This document shows, piece after piece, positions 1-9,678 of a stretch of 64,000 nt of DNA. The stretch comes from an uncultured Methanomicrobiaceae archaeon. Its GTDB lineage: Archaea > Halobacteriota > Methanomicrobia > Methanomicrobiales > Methanoculleaceae. The notes under the pieces are model-generated. The model saw only the letters and a list, made by a program, of their open reading frames with translations, was not told the origin of the DNA and made no database searches. The position numbers and the translations under genes were made by a program. The stretch lies in assembly GCA_963826525.1 (NCBI GenBank), contig CAWGXH010000004.1, positions 1,376,001-1,440,000 of the forward strand, given 5' to 3'. Positions within the stretch are counted from its first letter, which is position 1, and every line of letters starts with the position of its first letter.

Positions 1-366
1 CCGCTCCCGGATCGACGTCGGGAGCCGCTCTTCCGGGATCGGCACCCAGCCGAAGGTTCCATAGAACGGGATCAGGATGAGCGTCGAGTGGATGAAGATT
101 GTCTCGTGGCCGCATGCGTCGAGCAGCGCCCGGACGGCGACCCGTGCAAGCCCCCTGCCCCGGTAGTCGTCCAGCGTAAAGACGCAGTCCATCTCGTTTC
201 CGTCCGGGTGTCTGGTGAACCGGGCGGTCGCAGCGAGGTTGCCGTCCTCGAAGACGCCGAAGATGTGTTCGAGGCCTGGGTCGGCCTTCTGGCCCCGGTA
301 CTTCTTCCAGACCTTCTCGGCGAGCGGGAACTCGGCAGGTGATAATTCACGGGCAGTCTCTGTCAT
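1..366 (-). CDS. GNAT family N-acetyltransferase (3' end outside window)
   Basis: Manual translation MTETARELSPAEFPLAEKVW...MDCVFTLDDYRGRGLAR...IPFYGTFGW shows the acetyl-CoA motif RGRGLA. Missed by the ORF track because it runs off the edge. Confidence 0.8.
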   Translation of the reverse strand, partial: MTETARELSPAEFPLAEKVWKKYRGQKADPGLEHIFGVFEDGNLAATARFTRHPDGNEMDCVFTLDDYRGRGLARVAVRALLDACGHETIFIHSTLILIPFYGTFGWVPIPEERLPTSIRER

Positions 367-688
367 TTGATGGGTATACTGCATCGCCGCTTCTAAATAT
401 ATCGGAGCGGCAGCCGCTCGAAACGATCTTCGCCAGTGCCGCCAGCGTTCTCCTCCCACAAAGGGGTTCGATCATCTCGCGGGAGCTCCTGGCCCTGCTC
501 ATGGTCAAAGTCGCGTACAACCTACTCGGGAGCACAACTCCGGCGTGGGGAACGCCTCACCCGGGCGATGATACCCGGACGGCGGGCAGAAATGGAGCGA
601 ATTGCGATACGCGTTTCTTCCCGTGTGTGAAGAATCCTCGAAAAAAGACTGCGTGATATCCGGCAGCAGCCGGAGACGTTCCGCCGGG

Positions 689-1549
689 TTACCGCGTCCC
701 GCAGCAGGAGCACCCGGTCGGTTTTTGGGCGCTGACCTTGATGCTCACGACGCTCTCGAGGAGTGCTTTCCGCCCGGCTTCGTCGAGGGAGAGGCCGTCG
801 AGAGTCTTTGCAAGCACCGGTTCGCTGACGATATGGTCGAGCGGGAAGACTGCCTCCCCGGCGACCGCAACCCTGTCGAACCCTGCACCGGCAATCTGCC
901 CGAGGTAGTCTTCCTTCTGCAGCGCTCCGGAGACGCAGCTCGTATAGAAGAGCTCCGACTCGCGGATGGGTGCCGGGAGGGGCATCGTCAGCACGATGTC
1001 GGAGACCATGAGCCTGCCTCCCGGGCGGAGCACCCGGAAAGCCTCCGCAAAGACCCGGGCCTTGTCGGGCGAGAGATTGATGACGCAGTTTGAGATGATC
1101 ACGTCGACCGCGTTGTCCGCCACCGGGAGGTGCTCGATCTCGCCGAGCCGGAATTCCACGTTGGTGTACCCGGCTTTTCGTGCATTCTCCCGCGCCCGTT
1201 CGAGCATATCGGGGGTCATGTCGACACCGATCACCCGTCCTGTCTCCCCGACCCGCTCGGCCGCGAGGAAGCAGTCAAAGCCACCCCCTGATCCGAGATC
1301 GAGGACGGTCTCGCCTTCCCGAAGGGATGCAAGCGCCACGGGATTCCCGCACCCGAGCCCGAGGTTCGCGCCTTCCGGAGCCTGTCCGATCTCCTCTGCC
1401 GAGTAGCCAAGACCGAGACTCACCGACTCGACCGCCCGGCCGGTACTGCAGCATCCGCCGCCGCATCCGCAGCCCGACTCTTCCTGCCGGGCTACCTGCC
1501 CGTATCTGCTTCGCACCTGTTTGCGAACGTCATCTTCCTTCATCATCAA
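689..1549 (-). CDS. arsM: Arsenite S-adenosylmethionine methyltransferase
   Basis: LGLGCGNP, VLDLGSGGGFD SAM motif, ISNCVINL and SCVSGA conserved cysteines, Cys-rich termini. Confidence 0.9.
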   Translation of the reverse strand: MMMKEDDVRKQVRSRYGQVARQEESGCGCGGGCCSTGRAVESVSLGLGYSAEEIGQAPEGANLGLGCGNPVALASLREGETVLDLGSGGGFDCFLAAERVGETGRVIGVDMTPDMLERARENARKAGYTNVEFRLGEIEHLPVADNAVDVIISNCVINLSPDKARVFAEAFRVLRPGGRLMVSDIVLTMPLPAPIRESELFYTSCVSGALQKEDYLGQIAGAGFDRVAVAGEAVFPLDHIVSEPVLAKTLDGLSLDEAGRKALLESVVSIKVSAQKPTGCSCCGTR

Positions 1550-1565
1550 AACTCCGTATGGTGTC

Positions 1566-1835
1566 TTATTCCCTGCCGCTCGCGATATCTTCCATCATGG
1601 GGGAGAGGAGGCTCGTTACCATCCTGTTGAAATGATCTGCCTTGATCAGCGTGATGCAGCAGACGTCACCCTCGTTCTCCCAGAACACGACCGCAAGTCG
1701 GTCGCCGGGAGCGATGTTTGCCCTTTCGCGGATATCTTTTGGAAGCACCATCTGCCCTCGCGCGTCGATGTTCACGACCGCCTCGATGGAGCAGGAACAG
1801 GGGGTAATACGATCATCTCTCCGGACGTTTGCCAT
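1566..1835 (-). CDS. AbrB/MazE/SpoVT-family DNA-binding protein resembling HgcAB-associated HgcC
   Basis: IDARGQMVLPKDIRERANIAPGD swapped-hairpin motif with CSC and VCCITLIKA. Confidence 0.75.
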   Translation of the reverse strand: MANVRRDDRITPCSCSIEAVVNIDARGQMVLPKDIRERANIAPGDRLAVVFWENEGDVCCITLIKADHFNRMVTSLLSPMMEDIASGRE

Positions 1836-1992
1836 GCAGGTTCACCACAGGATAGTGGTTGGGCACGGTATATCTATATTCCGAATATTCCCATTTATCA
1901 GAAATTTCAGTGAACTCCTGTCCGGGAAGCGTCATCGCAGGAGTTACGGAAAAGTCCGGGCGCTCCTCGAGGCGGAACGCCTGCCGCCTGCC

Positions 1993-3138
1993 TCAGGCGA
2001 TCAGGGGCGGCACCTGCCTGGCATCCTCCTCGGCCTTGGCGACCCTGCTCTCCCGCACGACACCGGTATAGTCGTCGAACCATACCGCCTCCGGGCATCT
2101 CCGGTAGACCATGAACTTCCCGATATCCTCGCGTCTCGCCGCCTGGTGATATTTAAAATAAACATGCTCGTCGTCGAGCCCGACGACGGCGATCTTCCCG
2201 GTGCGGTGCGACATGGCGAAGACCGACCGCCTGGCAAGCCCGGAGCAGCGGCTTTTGGCCTGCTCATAGATGCGATAGCTCTCCTCCAGCGGCACGACGA
2301 AGTGCCGGTTGCCCAGCGTCGGGCGGCACTGGAAGAGGTAGTAGGGAGCGGCGCCGACAAACGAGAGGTTCCGGAAGAGATCCGCGAGAACCGCCGGGTC
2401 GTCGTTGATCCCCCGGAGGAGGGGCGTCTGGTTCGCGAGCACCGCACCGGCGCTCTGCAGGATATCGAGCGCCCGGAGAGCAGGATCGGTCATCTCTCTT
2501 GAGTGATTGAACTGGGTCATGATGTAGATCCTTTTCTCCGGCGTGCTGTAGCGCCGGATCATCCCGGGAAGATCAGGGTCGTCGATGATGCGGTAGGGAT
2601 TGAACGCTGGGACCTTGGTGCCGATCCGGATGATCTTCACGTGCTCGATCTCCCTGACTTGCCTGACGATCCGCTCAAGCCGGGATGTCGCGAGAAACAG
2701 GGGGTCGCCGCCGGAGATAAGGACATTGGATATCTCGGAGTGCCGGCTGATGTAGGCGATATCGGCCGAGATATCCCTCGCCACCTCATCGGTGTGATGC
2801 ATGAAGAGCCTTTTCCTGAAGCAGTAGCGGCAGTATCCCGCACAGAGATCGCTCACCAGCAGGAGGGCGGTCTGGCCGTATTTGTGCTCCATCCCGGGTG
2901 CCACCACATAAGCGCTCTCTCCGGACGCATCGAGGCTCCCCCACTCCACAAGCTCCTCGGGATCGGGGATGGCGATCTTCCTGATAGGATCGTCAGGGTC
3001 GTCCCAGTCAATGAGGGAGAGGTAGTAGTCGTTCGAGCGGAACGCGAATTTGCGCGCTACGTCGGCGAGCCGTTCCCGCTCGTCCGCGGGGATCTGCAGA
3101 ACCTTCCTGATATCGGTGCTATACTTCGGTCCAGCCAT
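1993..3138 (-). CDS. KamA-family radical SAM protein (lysine 2,3-aminomutase-like)
   Basis: EHKY...CAGYCRYCFRKR, SGGDPL, IRIGTKVP, NQTPLLRGIND, PYYLFQC, TGKI. Confidence 0.85.
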   Translation of the reverse strand: MAGPKYSTDIRKVLQIPADERERLADVARKFAFRSNDYYLSLIDWDDPDDPIRKIAIPDPEELVEWGSLDASGESAYVVAPGMEHKYGQTALLLVSDLCAGYCRYCFRKRLFMHHTDEVARDISADIAYISRHSEISNVLISGGDPLFLATSRLERIVRQVREIEHVKIIRIGTKVPAFNPYRIIDDPDLPGMIRRYSTPEKRIYIMTQFNHSREMTDPALRALDILQSAGAVLANQTPLLRGINDDPAVLADLFRNLSFVGAAPYYLFQCRPTLGNRHFVVPLEESYRIYEQAKSRCSGLARRSVFAMSHRTGKIAVVGLDDEHVYFKYHQAARREDIGKFMVYRRCPEAVWFDDYTGVVRESRVAKAEEDARQVPPLIA

Positions 3139-3304
3139 TCTGGTTCCCGAATACTATTCTCAAATATTTATACAAATCGGAGAATGCATGCTCCGGAGAA
3201 CTCCTCTTCCGGGAGTGATCGGGAGACGGGTCACGAGACCAAGCCTGGAGGAGGTGCATCACACAGCAGGCTTGAGGAACCGGAAATTCTCCGAGGAGTA
3301 GGTG

Positions 3305-3649
3305 CTACTCCTGATCTATAATCTCTTTGAGCACCACCGCATTGTTGTGCCTCTCATCCTTCGCCGCATACACGAGCGTCACCAATCTCTCGCTCTCTTT
3401 TTTGCGGATCTTGCCGATCAGATCGCTCTTCTCACCGAGTTCCTTCCGGTACCGCTCCCGGAAAGCATCCCACCGCTCCGGGTCGTGACCGAACCACTTC
3501 CTCAGGCCGTTACTGGGGGCGATCTCCTTGCACCAGGAGTCAATCTTTGCCCTCTCTCGTGAGACCCCGCGAGGCCAGAGTCGATCCACCAGAATTCGGT
3601 AGCCGTCGTCGGCGGACGGTTCGTCATAGGCACGTTTGAATCGGATCAT
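3305..3649 (-). CDS. DUF488 (YeaO-like) protein
   Basis: KRAYD...[15 protein letters not shown]...[11 protein letters not shown]...HNNAVVL. Confidence 0.9.
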   Translation of the reverse strand: MIRFKRAYDEPSADDGYRILVDRLWPRGVSRERAKIDSWCKEIAPSNGLRKWFGHDPERWDAFRERYRKELGEKSDLIGKIRKKESERLVTLVYAAKDERHNNAVVLKEIIDQE

Positions 3650-4080
3650 TGCTATCCTTGCCGATGCTGAGGATTTGCATGTGATAAAATGTTCGGCTGC
3701 TCCGGAAGAACTTCCAGTTCATCTCCTTCGGAGCATCCAGAGCGTCAGCAAGGCAGGACCCGGTGGGTACATACGGTAGACCCCGCACTTTTCTCCACCT
3801 GAAGGGGACATGCGTGGATGAACGCAGGAAGGAATCGGTTGTTGATATCCTCTTCTCCCGGAGCATCGGGGTATGTCATGTTCCTGTGGTTTCCGGCGCA
3901 CCTGAACACCACCGTCGGACTGCTCACTCTCATGTGCGGTGCTCCCTCTTCTCAAGGAACTCTTCGGCACGCTCCCGCCGACTCGTAACCTGCCCGGACA
4001 TGTCTTCTCAGCGGCCGGTGCGGCTGGCATCTCCGCAGGCGCCGGGTGCTTCGACGAGCCCTGGGACTGGGACATGTTCG

Positions 4081-5061
4081 TCAAACAGAGTGACGTCTTA
4101 AAGGAACTTTGATCGACGCACCCTGCCGGACTGCCAGCATTCGCTCGATCGCTGTCCGCGCCCGGGCGGCGACGTCTTCCGGGACTGTCACCCGAGGTTC
4201 AAGCCGTTCAAGGGCAGCAAGCACCTCTGCAAGCCCGGTCTTCTTCATGTTGGCGCAGACCGCCCGGCTTGAGAGGGGGAAGAAGATCTTCTCCGGGCAC
4301 TGCTTTTCGAGCTGGTGCAGGAGCCCGACCTCGGTGCCGATGACGAACTCCCGGGCGGTGCTCGTGCAGGCGTGCCGGACCATCCCCGACGTCGAGAAGA
4401 CGTAGTCGGCGAGATCGATCACCTCGGGCCGGCACTCGGGGTGGACGAGCACCTCGGCATCCGGGTGGGAATGGCGGGCGGCCGTCACCTCATCGGCCGT
4501 CATCCGCTCGTGGACGATGCAGTAGCCCTCCCAGGGGAGGATCTCCTTTTTGGTGAACCGGGCGACGTAGCGGGCGAGGTTTCTGTCGGGGAGGAATATC
4601 ACCTGCTCCGCGGCGAGGGACTCGACGACCGCGACGGCGTTTGCGGAGGTGCAGCAGATGTCGCTCTCCGCCTTGACCTCCGCGGAGGTGTTGACGTAGG
4701 CGACGACGGCGGCGGCGGGGAACCGCTCGCACAGCACCCGCACCTCTCCGGCGGTGACCATCGCGGCCATGGGGCAGCAGGCATCCGCGGCGGGCAGGAT
4801 GACCGTCTTCTCCGGCGAGAGGATCGCCGCCGTCTCGGCCATAAAGTCGACGCCGCAGAAGACGATGACGCCGCTATCGAGGGTTGCGGCCGCCCGTGCG
4901 AGTTCGAGCGAGTCCCCGACGAGATCGGCGATATCCTGCACCTCGGGAGCCTGGTAGTTATGCGCGAGAATTGTCGCATCACGCTCGGCCTTGAGCGTGG
5001 CGATCCGCCGGGATATGGATGCCGTGTCTTTGGTTTTGTCCGGAATGGGGATGATAATCAC
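4081..5061 (-). CDS. nadA: Quinolinate synthase A (4Fe-4S)
   Basis: LAHNYQ, FCGVDFMAE, CPMA, YVNTSA, CIVH, HPEC, STSGM motifs. Confidence 0.95.
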   Translation of the reverse strand: MIIIPIPDKTKDTASISRRIATLKAERDATILAHNYQAPEVQDIADLVGDSLELARAAATLDSGVIVFCGVDFMAETAAILSPEKTVILPAADACCPMAAMVTAGEVRVLCERFPAAAVVAYVNTSAEVKAESDICCTSANAVAVVESLAAEQVIFLPDRNLARYVARFTKKEILPWEGYCIVHERMTADEVTAARHSHPDAEVLVHPECRPEVIDLADYVFSTSGMVRHACTSTAREFVIGTEVGLLHQLEKQCPEKIFFPLSSRAVCANMKKTGLAEVLAALERLEPRVTVPEDVAARARTAIERMLAVRQGASIKVPLRRHSV

Positions 5062-5096
5062 AACCTATTTGCGCAGGTAATTGGTACTATTGGGCG

Positions 5097-5112
5097 AATC
5101 ACAATTGTGAAT
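5097..5112. promoter_or_regulatory. Palindromic operator candidate AATCACAATTGTGAAT
   Basis: 15/16 match to the perfect palindrome at 8422-8437; lies between the divergent nadA and 5158 ORF starts. Confidence 0.65.
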
Positions 5113-5157
5113 GTTTCGGCCTGCCTCCCGCCGGCGGTGCCGACCGAAGTGATCCGA

Positions 5158-5535
5158 ATGCCACGAATTCTGAATGCATTGGATCTCGCGATCCTGAAAA
5201 AAGTTGCCCCCGAATCGTCGGGGACGATCTGCACTGGTTCCGGGAGTCCCTACCGCTCGATCCTCCCGCCGCTGGCGAACCGCCACGCGACGGATGCTGG
5301 GGACTTTCTCGAGCGGATGGAGCGGCTCGACGACTCCGATCTCCGCTATCTTGCCGGGCTGATGTGCGACGGGAGCGAGAGCCTCGGGTGTGTCCCGGTT
5401 GAGTATATCGAACTCTTTCTGGCTTTCGTAGCAGATCGGCTCGGGCGGGATACCGCTCTTTCGCTCCTACAGCACCTTGAGGGTGAGGGTGGCTGCATAC
5501 GCTGTTCGTCCCGTCTGCCGTATCGTACGTCCTAG
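5158..5535 (+). CDS. Hypothetical Cys-containing protein
   Basis: ATG at 5158, protein-like 125-aa sequence MPRILNALDLAILKK...SESLGCVP; divergent from nadA. Confidence 0.65.
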   Translation: MPRILNALDLAILKKVAPESSGTICTGSGSPYRSILPPLANRHATDAGDFLERMERLDDSDLRYLAGLMCDGSESLGCVPVEYIELFLAFVADRLGRDTALSLLQHLEGEGGCIRCSSRLPYRTS

Positions 5536-5675
5536 AAAACGGTGAGAATGCATCCATTGCAGGGGAGGCAGTTCGTCCTTGCCCGTCGTCGGGAGGAGAT
5601 TTGCACCGATCCGATATCGATGAGGTATGCATGCTCTCGTCTCTCTCCGCGGTTCAATATGGTACACGACTGTCG

Positions 5676-5691
5676 TTTCGCAATTGTGGAT
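5676..5691. promoter_or_regulatory. Degenerate palindromic operator candidate TTTCGCAATTGTGGAT
   Basis: 13/16 match to ATTCACAATTGTGAAT, about 140 bp upstream of the SAMP-ncsA genes. Confidence 0.4.
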
Positions 5692-5829
5692 TGATCTGCA
5701 GCGATCATCGACGATCCATGCGTGGCTTCCCATTGCAGGTGTATCTGTCGCATCGGGTGGCTTTGCCTGCACTCCGGCTGCTCCTGCAGGAGGTTTATGG
5801 GGTGGTGGGATCAACCCTCTGATACATCC

Positions 5830-6024
5830 ATGCAGATCATCCTCCCGGATAAAAGCGTGCGGACGGTTCCCGCCACCTCCGCTCCGATAGAAGCGATCCT
5901 CCTTGAGCTCGGGATCAACCCGACAACCGTGATCGTCGTGAAGAACGGCAAAGTCGTCCCTGAGGATGTGACGGCGGACGACAGCGACGAGATCCGGATC
6001 CTCCGGGTCTCGCACGGCGGGTGA
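5830..6024 (+). CDS. MoaD/ThiS-family ubiquitin-like sulfur carrier (SAMP2-like)
   Basis: 64 aa beta-grasp pattern (VIVVKNGKVVPED) ending in C-terminal SHGG. Confidence 0.9.
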   Translation: MQIILPDKSVRTVPATSAPIEAILLELGINPTTVIVVKNGKVVPEDVTADDSDEIRILRVSHGG

Positions 6025-6028
6025 GCGT

Positions 6029-6946
6029 ATGTCCACTGGAGAGAACCGGTGCTCCCGCTGCCGCGAATCTGCGGTCATCCGTCTCACCGGCCCGGAGCGG
6101 CGGTTGTGCGTCGGCCACTTCATCGAGGACGTCGAGGCGCGTGTTCTCGCCACCCTCGAACGTGACCGTATGGTTTCGCCGGCCGACCGGATCGCCGTCG
6201 GCCTGAGTGGGGGAAAAGACAGCACCGCCCTGCTCCTGCTGCTCCACCGCCTCCTCCCAACGCCGGAAGCGAGCCTCGTCGCGGTCACCGTCGACGAAGG
6301 CATCGCGGGCTACCGCGAGGAGACGGTCGCGGCCGCGGAAGACCTGACGAACGAGCTCGGCGTCGAGCACCGGATCGTCACGTTCGCCGATCTCTTCGGG
6401 GACGATCTCGACAGGATACTTGCCGGGAGAGAGGCGCAGGCCTGCACCGTCTGCGGCGTGCTGCGCAGGCGGGCGCTCGTCGAGGCGGCGAAGCGGATCG
6501 GTGCGACGAAACTTGCCACCGGCCATAACCTCGACGACGAGGCGCAGTCGGTCCTTATGAACGTGCTCCGCGGGGACCTCCCTCACCTCCTCCACGATAC
6601 CTCGTCCGGGCAACCCGGGCACTTCGTTCCGCGGATAAAACCGCTCAGTGCACTCTCCGAGAAGGAGATCACGACGTACCTGCTCCTCCGGGAGTACTAT
6701 CGCGACCTGCCTGAGTGCCCGTACGCCGGCACCGCGCTTCGATCGGAGGTGCGCTCGATGCTCGCCGCGATGGAGCATCGCCATCCGGGCACGATGGGCC
6801 GCCTCATGCAGTTCCGCGACGAGGTCAGGCGCTCGGCCGGTTCTGCCGACCGGAAAGGGCTGCTTCGCACCTGCCGTATCTGCGGCGAACTTGCGAGCGG
6901 CGAGATCTGCCAGGTCTGCAGGCTGCTCGGACGGGAAGAGCGGTAG
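6029..6946 (+). CDS. ncsA: tRNA 2-thiolation protein NcsA/TtuA (TIGR00269 family)
   Basis: PP-loop SGGKDS, CTVCGVLRR, TGHNLDD, ECPY, terminal Zn-finger CxxC motifs. Confidence 0.85.
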   Translation: MSTGENRCSRCRESAVIRLTGPERRLCVGHFIEDVEARVLATLERDRMVSPADRIAVGLSGGKDSTALLLLLHRLLPTPEASLVAVTVDEGIAGYREETVAAAEDLTNELGVEHRIVTFADLFGDDLDRILAGREAQACTVCGVLRRRALVEAAKRIGATKLATGHNLDDEAQSVLMNVLRGDLPHLLHDTSSGQPGHFVPRIKPLSALSEKEITTYLLLREYYRDLPECPYAGTALRSEVRSMLAAMEHRHPGTMGRLMQFRDEVRRSAGSADRKGLLRTCRICGELASGEICQVCRLLGREER

Positions 6947-7025
6947 AGCCTGCACGCCCGGATCACGAGGCATATCTGCCTGCAGAAAAAGAGGTATAAA
7001 GAGCATTCTTCGAGGGAGATACGTC

Positions 7026-7886
7026 ATGGCACCGGATACGGACGAGCATATCATCGAAGCGATAGGAAAGACCAGGGTCGTCGTCAGGAACGGAAAGGTC
7101 GTGGAGGTCGGCGAGGCAATCATCACCGACTGCCCGCTCGCAAAAAGGTTCGCATGCCCGGTTCGCGAGATCTCGGCAGAAGCGGTCAGGGAGAATATCG
7201 AGCACCGGATTCTGGCGTTCGGGATGTGCACGCCCGACCGGGAGGTCTACGACACCCGGGAGTTCGTCGGTTTCGGGGCGTCCGAGCTGCTCAGTTTCGG
7301 CATGAAGGCCGGTATGTTCGACGCCGCGGTTCTCGCCTGCGACGGCGCCGGCACGGTCGTCGTGACCGACCCTGCTATGTTGCAGGGCATCGGCGGCAGG
7401 ATGTCGGGACTTGTCCGGACGACGCCGTACCCGTCGGTCATGGACCGGATCGAAGAGGGTGGCGGCACCGTCCTCGACCGCGAGAGTGCGGCGATCGACC
7501 AGGTGGCAGGCGTCGCGCTCGCGAAGGCCGAAGGCTACCACAGCGTCGCTGTCACGGTCGCCCTACCTGTTGATGTGGCGGAGATTCGCCGGGTGCACCC
7601 CGATGCCTTTATCGTCGCGGTGCATGTCACCGGCCTTACGCAGGATGAGGCGGCGGTTATCGCCGCGGCCGCCGATCTCGTGACGGCCTGTGCATCGGGG
7701 ACAGTCAGGGAGGTGGCCGGCTCACGGGCGCTCGTCCAAGCCGGAGTCTCGGTGCCGGTCTACGCGATGACCGAACGGGGCAAAGACCTCATCATCGAGA
7801 AGATATGCCGGTCGGACGAGCCGGTGCTGATCAAACCTACTCGTCTCCCGGTCGCCGGAGACCGGCAGCCCGATCCCCTGGTGTGA
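7026..7886 (+). CDS. Methanogenesis marker 8 protein (DUF2099)
   Basis: EHIIEAIGKTRVVVRNGKVVEVGE..CPL, FGMCT, GFGASE, ACDGAGTV, GIGGRMSGL. Confidence 0.85.
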   Translation: MAPDTDEHIIEAIGKTRVVVRNGKVVEVGEAIITDCPLAKRFACPVREISAEAVRENIEHRILAFGMCTPDREVYDTREFVGFGASELLSFGMKAGMFDAAVLACDGAGTVVVTDPAMLQGIGGRMSGLVRTTPYPSVMDRIEEGGGTVLDRESAAIDQVAGVALAKAEGYHSVAVTVALPVDVAEIRRVHPDAFIVAVHVTGLTQDEAAVIAAAADLVTACASGTVREVAGSRALVQAGVSVPVYAMTERGKDLIIEKICRSDEPVLIKPTRLPVAGDRQPDPLV

Positions 7887-8022
7887 AAGTCACTTCGGAC
7901 ATGCCCTGACGCGGAGGCCGTAGCACAGCCCTTTGAGTGTGTGGCGCATATACTCGGTGCACTGCACCCGCTCCGCTCCAGGCGTCTCGACGGCTAGGAG
8001 CGACTCTCTCGCCGCGAGCACG

Positions 8023-8376
8023 TCAGTCAGGCGTCCCCGGGCTTGTACCGGTCTTCCCCTCCTCGTTACACCTGCCGAACCCAGGGTCTTCTTCCCGGAG
8101 CTGTACGCAGATGGCGCAGATCCGTGCGGCGAGGTCGTCCACCCTCCCTTCGCGGAGGTCCCGGGCGAGTCCTGCGATTGATGCCTTCACGTCGTTCTCA
8201 AAGACGATTCGATAGCCTCGCTTTCCGGAGAGGTACTGCGAGATCGCCGACGGCGCCATCCCGAGGAGCCGTGCGGCCTCCTGCTGGGAGACATCGCACC
8301 GGATCAGTTCTTCGGCGATAGCCGCCCGGATTGCGGGCAGCACGTCCCAGACAATAGCCTGACAGGGCAACTTCAT
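8023..8376 (-). CDS. Cys-rich XRE-type HTH transcriptional regulator (COG2522-like)
   Basis: KLPCQ..VLPAIRA, HTH SQQEAARLLGMAPSAISQYLSGKRG, C-terminal CAIC...C. Confidence 0.85.
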   Translation of the reverse strand: MKLPCQAIVWDVLPAIRAAIAEELIRCDVSQQEAARLLGMAPSAISQYLSGKRGYRIVFENDVKASIAGLARDLREGRVDDLAARICAICVQLREEDPGFGRCNEEGKTGTSPGTPD

Positions 8377-8421
8377 GATATCACAACGCTTAAAGGATTG
8401 TGAATAGCACATTTAATGGAA

Positions 8422-8437
8422 ATTCACAATTGTGAAT
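8422..8437. promoter_or_regulatory. Perfect palindromic operator candidate ATTCACAATTGTGAAT
   Basis: Perfect 16-bp inverted repeat in the regulator/iscS divergent spacer, with extra half-sites near 8381, 8397 and 8448. Confidence 0.7.
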
Positions 8438-8496
8438 GGGCAGGAACTCACAAATATCTTTCCCCGTCACCCTGCCCACACCGGAAGTGGACGTTC

Positions 8497-9678
8497 ATGG
8501 CTATGAAACAGGTGTATATGGATCACGCGGCGACCACGCCGACCCACCCGGAGGTCGTCACGGCAATGCTCCCGTACTTCTCGGAGCGGTTCGGGAATCC
8601 CTCCTCGCTCTACAGCAGGGCGCGGGAGGCGCGGAAAGCCGTGGAAGAAGCCCGCGTGAAGGTAGCGACTGTGCTCGGGGCTACCCCCGAGGAGATCTTC
8701 TTCACTTCCGGCGGGACGGAGTCGGACAACTGGGCGATAAAGGGAACTGCCGTCGCCCATCGGAAGAAGGGAAACCATATCATCACCTCGTCGATCGAGC
8801 ACCATGCGGTCATCCATCCCTGCGAATACCTCGAGAAGCAGGGTTTTTCGGTGACCTACCTCCCCGTCGACGAGTACGGCAGGGTCGACCCTGCGGCGGT
8901 CGAGGCCGCCATCACTCCCGGGACGATCCTCATCTCGGTGATGACCGCGAACAACGAGATCGGCACCATCCAGCCGGTCGCCGAGATCGGGAATATCGCC
9001 CGCGAGCATGGCGTCCTCTTCCACACCGATGCCGTGCAGGCGATCGGTGCGATACCTATCGACGTAAATGCACTGAACGTCGATCTCCTCTCGCTCTCCG
9101 CTCACAAGTTCTACGGCCCAAAAGGGATCGGGGCGCTCTACATCAGAAAGGGCACCAGGGCAGAGACGCTCATCCACGGCGGCGGCCAGGAGCGGCGGCG
9201 ACGGGCGGGCACCGAGAATGTTCCCGGGATCGTGGGGCTCGGGAAAGCGATCGAGCGTGCCGCCACCGATCTCGAGGGGCGCACCCGGCGTATCGCCGCG
9301 ATGCGCGACCGCCTGATCGCGGGCATCTTCGATACGATACCGGATACCCGGTTGAACGGCCATCCGACACTGCGGCTGGCGAACAACGTCAACATCGCGT
9401 TCCGCTATGTGGAGGGCGAGTCGATCCTGCTGATGCTCGACCACTTCGGCATCGCCGCCTCGACGGGGAGCGCCTGCACCTCGGCGACCCTCGACCCCTC
9501 GCACGTCCTCCTCGCCTGCGGCCTCCCACCTGAACACGCCCATGGCTCGCTCCGGCTCACCCTCGGGGAGGAGAACTCCGACGAGGATCTCGACTACGTC
9601 CTCGAGGTGCTCCCCGGCGTCATCGAACGGCTCCGGAGCATGTCGCCGCTGACGCCGCCGGCAGAGGGAGGAAGATGA
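8497..9678 (+). CDS. iscS: Cysteine desulfurase
   Basis: [34 protein letters not shown] (PLP Lys), STGSACTS (catalytic Cys). Confidence 0.95.
   Translation: MAMKQVYMDHAATTPTHPEVVTAMLPYFSERFGNPSSLYSRAREARKAVEEARVKVATVLGATPEEIFFTSGGTESDNWAIKGTAVAHRKKGNHIITSSIEHHAVIHPCEYLEKQGFSVTYLPVDEYGRVDPAAVEAAITPGTILISVMTANNEIGTIQPVAEIGNIAREHGVLFHTDAVQAIGAIPIDVNALNVDLLSLSAHKFYGPKGIGALYIRKGTRAETLIHGGGQERRRRAGTENVPGIVGLGKAIERAATDLEGRTRRIAAMRDRLIAGIFDTIPDTRLNGHPTLRLANNVNIAFRYVEGESILLMLDHFGIAASTGSACTSATLDPSHVLLACGLPPEHAHGSLRLTLGEENSDEDLDYVLEVLPGVIERLRSMSPLTPPAEGGR

Noticed and set aside
3650-4080. Short ORFs between DUF488 and nadA
   Set aside because: No recognisable motifs and conflicting frames
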